Positions 13,898-26,530 are shown, numbered from the stretch's first letter. The stretch is DNA of 64,000 nt from Selaginella moellendorffii (GCF_000143415.4 NW_003314423.1:163398-227397); one strand, 5' to 3'. Notes: generated by a model not told the origin, from the letters alone. Numbers and translations are program-made.

Positions 13898-16800
13898 ATG
13901 CCACCAAGGGTGAGTTTCAATTTGATTGCTTCCACTTCCATTTTTTGATTCCATTGCTTCCCTTTTTTTTTCCTAATTGCTTCTTTGCTGGCCGAGGTCA
14001 AGCTCGGGCCAGCCACCTCGGGCAGTTTTGCTCGCCGAGGGGCCGAGGTTATTTGAATAACCTCGGCCCCTCGGCAAGCAAAATTGCCCAAGGTCGAGCT
14101 CAGGCTGGCCACCTCGAGCAGTTTTGCTCGCTGAGGGGCCGAGGTTATTTGAATAACCTTGGCCCCTCGGCAAGCAAAATTGCCCGAGGTCAAGCTCGGG
14201 CTGGCCACCTCGGGCAGTTTTGCTTGCTGAGGGGCCGAGGTTATTTGAATAAGCTCGGCCCCTTGGGCAACCAAAGTGCCCGAGGTGGAGTCTAGGCCCA
14301 CTTGATTTTCTTTTCTCTTTGACTGTTTGAATTTCTCATTATCTTTATTTAGTTTGACTAACAAATTTTTTTCTCTTGCAAAAAAGGAAAATTGTAACAC
14401 ATAAAAAGGTTGTTGGAGCCAAGAAGACACGAGAAGTTCAATTTGACACTGACGACAACATCACAATCGACATGTCCATTGGCACAACAGAGACACATTT
14501 AGTTAGAGATTCACCAGCTCTACCACTATCACCTCCACCATCACCACCTCCACCACTGCCATCGCCACCTCCACCACCTCCATCACCACCTCCACCACCT
14601 CCGCCGCCACTGCCACCACCACCATTGCCATAACCACTGCCACTATTGCCTCTGCCCCTGCCACCACTGCCACCACCACCAATGCAAATCCTTGAAGTTG
14701 GGCAATCTAGTGGTGTTCACGATAGGGAACCTAAGGAACAGCCTAGAGCTGAAAGAGTTGCAGACCTTCCTGACAATGTGGTGGACAAACGCTTCCAAGA
14801 GACTGTTATGCAGACAAGGGAAAAAGCAGTTCACCAAACACTTGAGGCGCTCAAGTGGCCAGGCCCTTGTGACTTGATCAGAGAAATCCCCTTTTGCCAT
14901 TTGCAGCAGACAAACCTTGTCCGCATAGCATCCAAGTATGTCAACCCGGATATATATAACTTGTTCAAACACAATGGCCTTGCAACAAGTATCAGTATGT
15001 TTCTAGTCTCTTTTTGCAAGCCAGGAACAACGGAGATCATTACTGTCACACCAAGATTGTGAATAGCTGGGATCCTATTTGGAGGAGGAAGTCCCTAGAA
15101 TTTGATGACATGCTTATCAGACATCCTGAGACTCGATAGCTTGCGGGGACAATGTTCCAAATTATTGATGGTAACCACCGATATGGAGCTTGGATGAAGT
15201 ATATCGACGATCATTTTCGCGATGATCCCGTGTACCATATCAACGTTCCAGTCGGCCATGTCTACGCGAGGGGACCTTTGGATGTCAACAGACTTATCTT
15301 GGCTCGCCAAAAGATCAATGCGTAAGTTTTATAATTTTACCTCTAACTCCACTTTAACTTGTTTTGTTGTGTTTAAATGTAGGCTTGGGCAGTTCGCTGT
15401 TCAAAAACAAAACCTTGTCCATGACATCGAATAACTTCGATTTTTGGCAGACTTGAGTGAGGATGACATCCGCCAACATTATGGTGATGATCTCGCAACA
15501 CTTGTTCGGCACTCACGCACTCGAAATGACAGTACAACTTGGTTCAACAACCCAGTTAGTTTTATGCTCGCTGTGTGGTGTAAGGTATGTCTTTCCCTTT
15601 TATTTTATAAAAGCCTCTTTTAATTGTTTTGGTTTTTAGCCTTTGGTGAAGGTCAAGCAGGATGCTTACGAACTTGCATATCTGGAGAAGAGTCGGGAAG
15701 AGCTCTCAGCTGAGTTCGTACAAATTAAGCACAAAATTCAACATGCAAAGTCCTCAAAGTTGAAGAAACTAGTATGCATTGCAGACAATCGCAGGCCGAA
15801 GGAGTGGTTAGAGACTATAGCCGAAATTTCTTCTCATGAATGTAAGTTTCTTATCACACTTCATTTTTCTTAATTATGCATATGTTACTTTTGCAGTGAA
15901 CAAAACTCCAAATGACATGATTTACAATATCGCAAAATCGAAGCTTCCATATAAGCAACAGATAGAAACTCTAGAGTTCCCCAATGTCTGCTTGATGAAT
16001 AGAGAGAAAGGACTACCAAAACTATTTGAGAACATGATGAGAAGGGCTGTTTACATCACGCAAACTATAAGTGAAGGTGAGAAGTTCTTGGCACCACACA
16101 TTGGTGACAATCCAGATGGCACATTCATGTCTTTCGACACCTACATCAATACGTCATTGGAAGGGATCGAAGAGGGGTGGCTGCCAGAGAAGTCTACAAG
16201 CACAATAACTTATGATTGCCAACATGGTCAACCTTATTTCATGCGACATGCAGCTTATAGGTATAATATGATTTCTAAGATTGTTTTTTAATATATATTG
16301 TTTACAGGTATCTTCGATATAGAGGCATGCCATTTGAGGCACCAGTTTGCACTCGACTTGTTGCAAAGGGTGTAAAGGATGGAGAAATGTACCCAACAAT
16401 GTTTGCGAGAGTTCCAAAGGCACGGAAGATAGAATGCCCTTGGGAGTTGGAGCTCCTAGGGAAGGAGACCTCTACATTAGATCGCGAGGAAATTATCAAT
16501 GCTAGCAACGATGGCAATGCAAGTGACGATGGAGACGAGGATGAGGAAGCTCCAGATCAAGTTCGTGTTCCACCACCAGACAGTCAGGAACAGGCTCCAA
16601 TTCAACCATCAAACAACCAAGATCCGGATCAAGTTCTACCAATAAATAACGATGATCAAGTGGTTCACAGAATATCACATCGACTTCGAGGTAAGCAAAA
16701 GTGAATTCTACAAACTAAAGGTGGTAATACATGTTTTTTGCAGCAATGATTGTTGGTAGTAATTTCATTCCAGCTTGACGAGATGCTTGTGAAGAGGAGT

Positions 16801-17955
16801 TGGAGGAACTCTCATCGACAACATGCCATATGACGGTATCATACTATTTATTACTTTTTTCATTCACTTAGCTCTTTTATAGGTCCGTCCTGTGTCCCCA
16901 ATAACACAACGAGGCATTGTGGGTATCTTCATTGGCTTTTACAGTAGATTATTGACATCTTTCACGAAAGACGACATCAACATGGATATACACCGCCTGT
17001 TCAACCGTTGGTGCCGAAAGATACAAAGGCCCATGTTCCCAGTTGCGGACTTCATTCTTTTCAACTTTCCAGATGGTCTTTCAGATATCGATGGGAAAGT
17101 TGAGGATTGGAACTTTCTCACACCTAACCACTTGCGCGATGCATTCCTATTGTCCGAAGCACTTATGCTCGAAGCTGGCCATGTTGTCTTCATCCTACCG
17201 AACGACCCCAATTGGATGTATGAGCTTATGACGTGCGCAGCAAAAGTTCATTTCAAGTCATTCTCTTCCGGGTGCATCATGGATCCTATTGGCGTTGATA
17301 CGAGGGGCGTCCAAGGGAAGTCTGAAAAGGTGAGTATGTATTTTATATTTTTATCTAATTTCTAAACATTTTTATTTTCCAGGTTATGATGTGGACCTAT
17401 CATGCCTTCTGCAGAAACACACATGATGGGTTTCGTGATAGCGAATGTGCAGCACGTGTTTTGCTTGGGTACAACAGTTCCACTAACATCATACCCAACC
17501 TTGTGGATGAGCAAATCCGCAACACGTTTCCAGGGTATCGATTCTGAACTCCATCAGCAATGCAAATCTTGCTTGAGCTCTATTGCCCACCAAATGGTGT
17601 TGTGATTGATTGCACAGTAGGTAGCGGTTCTATGGTGGAGGCAGCACGTGACTCTGGTAGGTCGGTGTTTGCCATTGAAGAACATCATTTCTTCAAACAC
17701 CGGCTCAAAGGATTTCGTGAGTTGCCTTCAACCTCAAGGAGGTAAATTATGTTTATTAAAATTTCAATATATATTTCATTCTATTTTATAGATCACAGTC
17801 ACTTGGAGTTTCTAGAATTGAAGGCTTTGGAAGTCTCCCTGACTATGCAGAAGCCATGGCTCAACATATGCAAGGTGAATCTTCCCCACAATACCAATAT
17901 AGGAGGAAGTATAAAAGAAATCATTATGTTGATGATGAGGCAAAAGAAAGTTAAT
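13898..17955 (+). pseudogene. A1 cargo gene: Pro-rich N-terminus, ParB/Srx-like domain, beta-class DNA amino-methyltransferase-like domain
   Basis: Micro-exon ATG CCA CCA AGG|GTGAGT (13898-13909). FQIIDGNHRYGAW at 15155-15193. ADFILFNFPDG...EDWN...DAFLLSEALMLEAGHVVFI. LLELYCPPNGVVIDCTVGSGSMVEAARDSGRSVFAIEE at 17560-17690. About 8 short GT-AG introns and several stops. Confidence 0.75.
13985..14290. repeat. Three 96-bp units, each a long hairpin (core GAGGGGCCGAGGTTATTTGAATAACCTCGGCCCCTC), inside intron 1
   Basis: Cores at about 14037, 14133 and 14229. Confidence 0.9.
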
Positions 17956-18254
17956 TGCATCCTTACATAAAATGGAAAGCTTGTTATATGTTAAATGTCA
18001 GTGAAAGTGTCAGATGTCAGTAAAATTGTCAGATGTCAATGTTAGTGTCAGATACCATAATTATAGATTATCATTCTCACCTATCACCATTACTTTGTAG
18101 CACTTGTGTGTTGCCATCTCCTCCTTCAACATTTTGTAAACAATTGTATGTGATATGATAGCACCTTCTAGAACAAGGTATGTTACCTACAACTAATATC
18201 ATTTTATTATATTAATAGTGACAATACTATAGTATAGTAAAGTAATTCTAGATC

Positions 18255-18800
18255 TTACATTCCACTATAGGGTGGCCTAAAAACCCCATATTTTGCACTA
18301 GCCAATGCAGTGTTTCCCAAGGGGATGTTGTTCCTCACCATGAAGTGATAGTGGGTATGTGTCTGTAACTCATTCTTGAATCTATTGTACATCCACACGT
18401 GCACATTTTCCAGACCTGCCGTTAGGCAATTCTTACAGTGCTCAAGAAAAGTTTGTAAACCCATAGAGCCATTTGTCTTGTCCAAGAAAAAGTAGCATAT
18501 TGGACACCGAATGTAATAGTGTTCTGTGCTTTCAAGTAATCCTGCCATGTCAGGAGCAAGATCTTGCAAAAACATGTGGCATTGCTCTTGAAGCGCTGGA
18601 GGCAATCCCTCTCTAGTCGCAAGATCCGAAATTTCACATATAGGGAGCTCTAATTTAGCTTCACTAGAGCCCTCAACAGAAAAAGGATTGTTATGTGGAG
18701 GTGAAGGTGGAATGTTGGTAGAACTTGGGGATGGAGGTGGAGATTGATATGAAATGCTGGGGGGCCAAGTACAATTAGCAATGAGTCTCCTTTGAGCCAT
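18255..18800 (-). CDS. Accessory ORF with a CPIC...HCxxC zinc-finger-like motif
   Basis: YYIRCPICYFFLDKTNGSMGLQTFLEHCKNC. Two homologues in A2 (about 53915-54468 and 54724-55280). Confidence 0.65.
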   Translation of the reverse strand: MAQRRLIANCTWPPSISYQSPPPSPSSTNIPPSPPHNNPFSVEGSSEAKLELPICEISDLATREGLPPALQEQCHMFLQDLAPDMAGLLESTEHYYIRCPICYFFLDKTNGSMGLQTFLEHCKNCLTAGLENVHVWMYNRFKNELQTHTHYHFMVRNNIPLGNTALASAKYGVFRPPYSGM

Positions 18801-19413
18801 TTCAATATAAATTTCTAAGGAGCTCAAGGAGAACAAAAAACCTACAATGACTATAACTTTTTTAGATAGTTTATATACTAAGTTTTAGTCTTGGGAATGA
18901 GGTTTATTTATTATGACACTGACAATACTCAGATTCTTTAAATGTCAGTCTTGGAAATGGGGCTTCATAATCATAACTTTCTTGTAAACATAAGAGCTTC
19001 TAGAATTTTAGATTATCGTATATACACATGCTCTATCATTATGATGAATCCTACTTTGCTACACATATATTCTTTTCTACACATGCCAAATGTTTAGGGA
19101 AATAAATTGCAAGGAAATATAGACCACATTATAGTGGTAGAGCACGTTGGCACGCTACCATTCTCTCATGTGAGATTGCCTTTCAGTCTTGGAAATGTAG
19201 ATAAAGTTGATTCTTTGATGTGATATTACTTTTTAGTCTTTCGAAAGATTTTGATTTCTTTTATCATTATTTACAAACAATTCCCAAAAACTTTTAATGA
19301 GGATTCACTGCAAAATATACCTTGGTCTTATCATATAAGAGGATTGTGATATAGGCAAGCAATAGAGTTTTTAATATGAATTAATATGTAAATTACAAAT
19401 GTCATGGAAAGTT

Positions 19414-19662
19414 TTATGGAGTAGATTTCTTGGTGCTTTCCGCTGTGCTGTTCATTTCTTCATTTCTCTTACTCTGGACTATTGTTTCAAAAGTAACAGG
19501 AGCATTTTTATCAATCGTGATAGTGGTCTCCACATTTCTAGATAGGTAATAAGGACCAGGAGTGTAATATGGAGATTGTGGTAGTGAAATAAAATTAACA
19601 TTCTCACATTCCTTTGCACTACAACTCTTACTCACAGATCTTGTATTTTCCTTGTTTCTCAT
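19414..19662 (-). CDS. Small 'ISLPQSPYYTPG' accessory ORF of A1
   Basis: Conserved in A0, A2 and in the unrelated element B. Confidence 0.7.
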   Translation of the reverse strand: MRNKENTRSVSKSCSAKECENVNFISLPQSPYYTPGPYYLSRNVETTITIDKNAPVTFETIVQSKRNEEMNSTAESTKKSTP

Positions 19663-20026
19663 CTTCTCAAGAACCCTAAAAAATCTTTTGAATGAAGGAA
19701 TAGTATCTACAGCTGTAAAAGTATTCAAAATATTAAGTAGTCAAATCAAATATGACAGCTGTAACAGTTGTTATAATAAAATAATATAGTTTTATAAAAG
19801 ATAGGTTCTCATGAACTTTGTCTTTTTTAAACAATTCAATCTTATAGAAACTTTTAACTTAGATATTTACGTATTTTAATATTTTAAAGTTTGCTAGAAC
19901 CTTCATTTGTTCAATTTAGATCTCCTTTGTAATATTTCTTATTGACTATGTTGACTTGAGTTGACTTGTGTTGAATTAAGCTCAACTCATGAGCTCAACT
20001 CAACTTTGGACCATCCCCGAGGGTAA

Positions 20027-22308
20027 TACATTGTTGAAGCCTTGTGCTTGATCGTGAATTCTTGAGTTAAAATCTTGATGGTTTCATTGATGAAGTATAT
20101 TCCTCGATCTATGATGAGTTCCCGAGGTAGGCCATATCTTGTGATGATATTTTCGTAGATGAACTTTGTTATGTTCTTTGCTATTACAATCTTCATTGGT
20201 TGAGCTTTGGCCCATTTTATCATGTAGTTAGTCGTTATGAGGATGTGCTTGTTTTGGTTGGAGCTTGTTATGAGTGGTCTAATGAAGTTGAGTCCCCATC
20301 ATTGAAATGGTTCTAATGGTGTTGTTGGATGAAGCTCTTGAGTTTGTTTCTTTGATGTGTACTTGGTTTGTTGACAAATATTACATTCTTGACAAAATTT
20401 TGCTAAGTCGTGCCAAAGTGTTAGCCACCAGAATCTTATTTGCTAAATCTTACGAGCTGTGATTTCTTCCATGAAATGGCTTCCTGCTTGTCTATAGTGG
20501 GCTTCTTTAAGTAGATCTTGAGTTTCTTCAGGTTACACACATCTTCATAGTACATTATCTTATCCTTTTTTTAGACAATCTTCCTCCCACGACTGAATAT
20601 AATATGGTCTTGTCTTTAAGATAAATTGTTTACAGTGATCAGAGGTGGAGTATCAACTTGGTATTGTTTTTGTTGTGAGGTAGTAGTAGATTTTGTTTGT
20701 CCATGCTAATGATGTGTGGATGTGAAGTATGTTGAAGTCAGAAAAGCTGTCCATATTGTATTTTGGTTGTTCGCCAGTTGTAATGTAACTAAGGTGGTCA
20801 GCTTGTTCATGCTGTTTACCGAGTTTGTGAATAATCTCAAAGTTGTATTCTTGAAGCAGTAAGAACTATTGGGCAATTCTATTGATGGTGTAGAAGTGCT
20901 TTATGGTTGACTATAATTGGTGCTAAATAGGTAGTGTTGAAACTTTTGTAGTGCGTAGACCATTTCTAAAGCTTCTTTTTTAGTGGTGGTGTAGTTCATC
21001 TTGGCTGAGTTGAGTCTTTAGCTAACATAGTAGATTGGTCAGTTTTTGAGATTTTATTGTTATTGAGAAAGTATTACTCCGATGGCGTAATTGGAGGTGT
21101 CGACTTGTATATTGAAGTCTTTGTCCCAATTTGGTTGGGTGAGTATTAGAGCTTTTGTTAACAAAATCTTGAGCATATTAAATGCTTGTTAACAATCTTG
21201 AGTCCAATTGTAGACGTGATTTTTCTTCAAAAGTTCTATAAGGGGTTTTGCAATTTTTGCATAATCTTTGATAAAGTGTCAATGGTATCCCATTTTGCCA
21301 AGGAAGGATTGTAGTATGGTGATGTTTGTTGGATGTTGCATGTTGATGCCATCGTGTTTTAGCTTTATTGGTGAGGATGGCTTCTTTGCAAATGATGTAT
21401 CTAAGTAGAATGCCAGATTTGACAAAGAAGGTAGATTTCTTGGGGTTTAAAATGATATTATTCTCTTGACATTTGATGAAGCATTTCTTGAGATGTTGGA
21501 GATGTTGTTCTTTGCTACTAAAGACACTGAAGTTGTCCATAAAAACTCGCATGAAGTCAGTGAGGTAATCTCGAAATGTGTTAGTGATGATTTTCTGGAA
21601 AGTAAATGATGCGTTAGAAAGCCCAAAAAGCATTCACAAATATGTATAAGCACCCTAAGGACTTATGAAGGTTGTCTTGTGCTGATCTTTAGGTGCGATG
21701 TGAACTTGATTATAGTCGCTGAAGCCATTGAGAAATGAGTACATTTCATGTTTAGCTACTACATTGAGAATTTCATTGGAAAATGGAATTAAGAAGGCTT
21801 TTCGGGTTGCATCATTGGGCTTTTTGTAATTTACACAAACTCTAAGTTTGCTGCTTTTCTACGATGACAAGTGGTCCATTCTGGGTTTTGAATTGGGTGG
21901 ATGAAGCTGGCATTCTCAAGTTTGTTAAGTTCTTCTTTAACTTTTGTTTGCAAGTCGGGGTTCATTTGATAGACTACTTGCTTTTTTGGTATAGTTTGAG
22001 GTAGAAGCCAAAAGCAAGTCTGTATATGATCAAGAAAAAACACCTTTGTACCTATCAAGAAGATTAATTGCTTTTGTCTTGAAGTTAGGGTCAAGGTCTT
22101 TGGTGATGTAGAGCTTCTTTAGTTTGTCTTCAGTTGCTAGATTGATTTATTAAGTTAGCTCTTCAAGCTTGAGTGTTGATGTGAGTTGAGTTCCTTCTTG
22201 TTGAAGTGCTGGGTCTTCTTCAAGATGGATTTGTTGATGAATCGGTTAGAGTTGTTTGGGTTTGATTCCTAGTTGATCTTATTGCTTCTTGATCTCAATT
22301 GCTGTGTC
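20027..22308 (-). pseudogene. Gypsy element E pol (RT, RNase H, integrase core)
   Basis: MLFGLSNA..FMDNFSVF; YENIITRYGLPRELIIDRG. Many stops. Confidence 0.9.
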
Positions 22309-24017
22309 AATCAGGAATCCCCCAATTCTTGCCACATTCCTGACTCTTGCCGGATTCCTGACTTGTAGACCACATTCCTAACTCTTGAGACACTTTCCTA
22401 TTCTTGACTCTCGAGACAGTTCCCTATTCCTGACTCTTTGGTTTCTTATGATTCCTGAGTCTCGAGCCATATTTCTGATGATGATGTGGCATCTCCTCGA
22501 CTTTAGCTATATCTAGGCCGTCCTCGATCCAAGAGCAGTGGAGCTTCATCAACCTATAGTATATATAGGTTAGCCGTGTTCCATTTCTCCACAATCTGAA
22601 TCAATGCCAATTTAAGGCTTCTTCTTCATTTCCAATAGCTTTTCTCTTTGTCTTTTGCATTTTCCAGTCTTGATCTTATTGGGGGTCTTGATAGTTTGAT
22701 TCAGATTGTGTTTTTTCGTTTTTTGTTTTAGCTCATTTTGATTGTTTGACTGCCTTTGCCTTTTTTCCCCCTTTTTTCTTTCTTCTTTCCCAATGGAGTC
22801 TCCAAGCCATCCTGATTTCTTTGCCGAAGTCCTTGCAAAAATCCAGTTTGAGAATACCGAGCTAAAGGTGACCCTTCTTCGCATGCAGCAAGAGCTTGCT
22901 TCACTTTTGACTCAAGGATCCAACAAAGTTCCTGAACTGAAGGTGAGTTTCCCAATGAAATTTTCAGGCAAGCGTTCGGAGCTTCACGGATTCCTGAACT
23001 AGATGGAGCTGATCTTCGCACTTCAATATTGGCGGTACCCCACTCCCGAGTTTCAAATTTGTGCGATTGGGATGTTGCTCGAAGGTGCAGCTTTGTCATG
23101 GTTTTCTCCTCTCCTGGAGAAGAGCATGAAAGGGGTCATGGTTCCAAAGTTGATGGATCTTCAATTGTTCAAAGAGAAATTCGAAGCATGTTTTGGCGAG
23201 ACGGATCGAGTTCGGGCTGCCATCATAAAGATGAGACGTCTCTCTCAGGGGTCTCATCCTACCTCGATCGACGTTGCAGAGTTCCAACTCCTTGCCTTCA
23301 TGGAGGATCCCATGAACCTATCAGACACCATCAACAAAGCTGTTTGATGCGACAATCGTCTCTTTGAACATCGTCAGGAAAGTCGCTGCGCCACTGTTTT
23401 CCCGTCCTAGACTCAGGAATCCTAGCTTGAGTCTTTGGGGCATACTCCTGAACCTACTGCTCCGGTCCCGATGGATATTTCTGGTACTCCCTGACTCATC
23501 AAAGGGAAGTTGAGTCCTACTGAGAAGCAACGTCGAATATCTCATAATCTTTGCCTCTACTGTGCTGATCCTAATCACAAAGCAGCTGTGTGTCCCAAGA
23601 AGCCTCCCCGACTACTCGAGTTCACTCTGCCTCAAAGTCCACCTCTGTTACAGTTGGGAAACGACCCTGTCCAAACAGAGTAGGAGCTGTCTGTTTGGAA
23701 TCCCCAAATAAAAATCACTTTTCTTCTTTATCAAGATCCTCACCACCTTTCATTAAAGCCACCACCAATTCCCGCAACTTCCACATCCCATGTCTCCTTT
23801 CTTTCACCGGACAATCAGGACTCAAGGCTCTGGCGCTACTAGACTCGAGTGCAACTTCCTGCTTCATGGACACAGACTTTGCTGCCCAACATCACATTCC
23901 TCTTTCTCCTACCATACGGGATCTGAGGGTTGAAGGCATTGGCAGGCATTTTGTGTCTCCATCTTCTGGACTTAGAGAAACATTGCCCGTTCGAGTACAC
24001 ATTGGGTCCACCGTCAC

Positions 24018-24179
24018 TATAGTGCATGTGATCATGGGATGAGATTTGGATATACTGTCACCGTGAATCCTTGGAACCTTGGGGGATAAATGGGGATAAA
24101 ATAGCCACTAAGGGCTCTCTCATCAAGCAATTGCCCCTTTTCTAGTTGGCTTAAGGGGAGAGAGATAAGGTGCGCTGCA
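24018..24179 (+). mobile_element. Solo LTR (162 bp) of the TRIM family
   Basis: Matches the LTRs at 58404 and 58914. TSD GTCAC. Confidence 0.9.
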
Positions 24180-26294
24180 GTCACCGATATCGCCTTCAAC
24201 GTCACTAATAGCAAGTCCTCCTTTGTGGTGCTTGGCCTTCCTTGGTTCCGACTACATCAGCCTCAGATTTGTTGGAAGGAATTACAGCTCATCTCTCCCA
24301 CATCACCATCTCCCACGGCTTCCCTAGTTGTTCATCGAGTCCGAATCAGGAAAACTTCCCTAAACTCAAATCGGGGTTCTATTCCTGACTTTATGAAGTT
24401 TTCACCCTCTTCCTTTTCCTCTCTTCCATCAAACAATGGTCTAGACAGATCACAAAAATCTCGAGTACTTTGCCACTTCCCGAGTTTTAAGCCGTCGTCA
24501 AGCAAGGTGGGCACAATTCCTGAGTCAGTTTGACTTTGTTATCAAGTACAGACCTAGAAAACTTCAAGGCCTTCCTGATGCTCTTTCAAGGTGCTCCTAT
24601 CTCAATCTCAGGCCTGGTAATCCTGCCTTCGATCAACAAGATCAAGTTATCCTCGATCCTGATCGGCTTCAAGTTATGGCAATTTCCCTAGCCCCTCAGG
24701 ATTCCTCCTTGATGGATGCAATCAGAAATGATCTTCAATCCGATGACCTTGCCACCTTCCTTCAGGTTTGCTTCGTTCCCTCCCGGTCCCTTCAGGTCCT
24801 TGGGAATCCATCTCCATGGATTTCTTGAGTGATCTTTCGAGTGCTAGAGGCTTCAATAGCATTTTAGTTGTGGTGGATCGCTTCATAAAGATGGTGCACT
24901 TCCTGCTGTGTACCAAGGAGTTTTCGGGCGAGGACATGGCAAAACTAGGATTCATGGAAATTTTCCGACTTCATGGGATTCCTGTAGATGTGGTTTCGGA
25001 TCGGGGACCTTAATTCATCTCTCATTTCTGGCAACAGTTTTTGCAGCTGCTTGGAGTGAAGGCCAACCTCTCTTCGGTGTATCATCCTCAAATTGATGGA
25101 CAGTTTGAGCGAACGATTTAGATGTTGGAACAATTCCTACGGTGCTTCATCAACTATCATCAGGATGACTGATTGCTGAGTTCTCCTATAACAACTCTGT
25201 TCACTCCTCTCTTCGAGTTTCCCCCTTTTTTGCAAACTTTGGCTGAAATCCCTGATTCAATCTCTCACTTCCTTCTCCATCCGAACCTCTCATTCAAATC
25301 TCCGCTTTGAGGCATTTGTCTCCAACCTCCAAGAAACCCACAACTCCATCTCCTTCCACCTCCATCGTGCTCAGGAATCTCATAAAACATTTGCCAACGT
25401 CCATCATCAGGATTGTCCCCCTTACAATATCAAGGATAAAGTCTGGCTCCTCAGGCGAAATATCTCCACCACCAGACCATGTCCCAAACTCGATTTCAAA
25501 TGCCTTGGTACTTTCCCTATCACTGCCATCATTAATCCTATCACTGCCATCATTAATCCCATCACTTATCGCCTTGCACTTCCCTCCTCATATCAAATTC
25601 ACCCCGTTTTTCACTCCTCTCTCCTTGAGTCTTATATTCCTAGTCTTATTCCAAATTGGGTCATTCCTCCACCTCTACCAGTGCAGCTCGAGGATGGGTC
25701 TGAGTACGAGGTTCAGGACATCCTTGATTCCAAGATCTCATGGTCTAAACTCTACTATCTGGTAGACTGGAAGGGTTACAGACCTGAGGAACGCACTTGG
25801 GAACCTGTGGACAACTTAATTCATTCTCCTGACCTTGTTCAGGACTTCCACCGCCACTATCTTTCTCGTCCCAATTATCATTTTTTTCATTTTCCCTCTC
25901 CCATCCCTCGCCGCCCATCTCATCCTCCTCTTCATTCTCATTCACGTCCTCATTCCACTCGTTCTTGAGGAGGGGGTATTGTCAGAAATCCCCCAATTCT
26001 TGCCACATTCCTGACTCTCGCCACATTCGTGACCTGCAGACCACATTCCTGACCTGCAGACCACATTCTTGACTCTCGAAACACTTCCCTATTCCTGACT
26101 CTCTGATTTCGTACGATTCCTGAGTCTCGAGCCACATTCCTGATGATGATGTGGCACCTCCTCGACCTCAGCTATATTTAGGCCATCCTCGATCCAAGAG
26201 TGGTGGAGCTTCATCAACCTATAGTATATATAGGTTAGCTTTGTTCCATTTCTCCACAATCTGAATCAACGCCAGTCTAAAGCTTCTTCTTTAT

Positions 26295-26456
26295 TGTAGC
26301 GCACCTTATCTCTCTCCCCTTAAGCCAACTGGAAAAGGGGCAATTGCTTGATGAGAGAGCCCTTAGTGACTATATTATCCCCATTTATCCCCTAAAGTTC
26401 CAAGGATCCACAGTGACAGTATATCTAAATCTCATCCCATGATTACATACGCTACA
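26295..26456 (-). mobile_element. Solo LTR of the TRIM family inside a Gypsy 3' LTR
   Basis: TGTAGC...GCTACA, reverse copy. TSD TTTAT/TTTGT. Confidence 0.9.
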
Positions 26457-26530
26457 TTTGTTTCCACTAGTTTTTCTTTTTGTCTTTTGCATTTTCCAGT
26501 CTTGATCTTGTTGGGGGTCTTGATAGTGTT

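Larger units (their letters stand above)
8319..20018. mobile_element. Complete Mutator-like (MULE) DNA transposon, family A copy A1 (11.7 kb including a gap)
   Basis: 8-bp TSD GAGGGTAA at 8311-8318 and 20019-20026. Imperfect TIRs GGGTGTGGACCATACTTGAG / GGGGATGGTCCAAAGTTGAG (15/20 match) with subterminal GAGTTGAGCTCAACTC-type palindromes. Interrupts a Gypsy integrase. Confidence 0.9.
22309..26525 (+). mobile_element. Chromodomain-bearing Gypsy element with internal deletion of RT
   Basis: LTRs 22309-22693 and 25980-26525. PPT gaggagggggtat. TSD GTGTC/GTGTT. gag, protease ALLDSSAT, integrase PWESISMDF, chromodomain EYEVQDILD..YLVDWKGY..TWEP. Confidence 0.9.

Noticed and set aside
14510-14685. 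Extensin or formin host gene from the poly-Pro tract
   Set aside because: It is a low-complexity segment of the transposon cargo gene, also present in A2 at about 37140-37370.
13898-17955. Bacterial or phage contamination explaining the ParB-MTase gene
   Set aside because: The gene has multiple GT-AG introns and lies inside a TIR/TSD-bounded element that interrupts a Gypsy integrase.
8319-20018. hAT or Zisupton classification of A based on the 8-bp TSD and SWIM domain
   Set aside because: The D...FMAD...CxFH core followed by a C-terminal SWIM, and the G-starting termini, fit Mutator better. Not confirmed by HMM.
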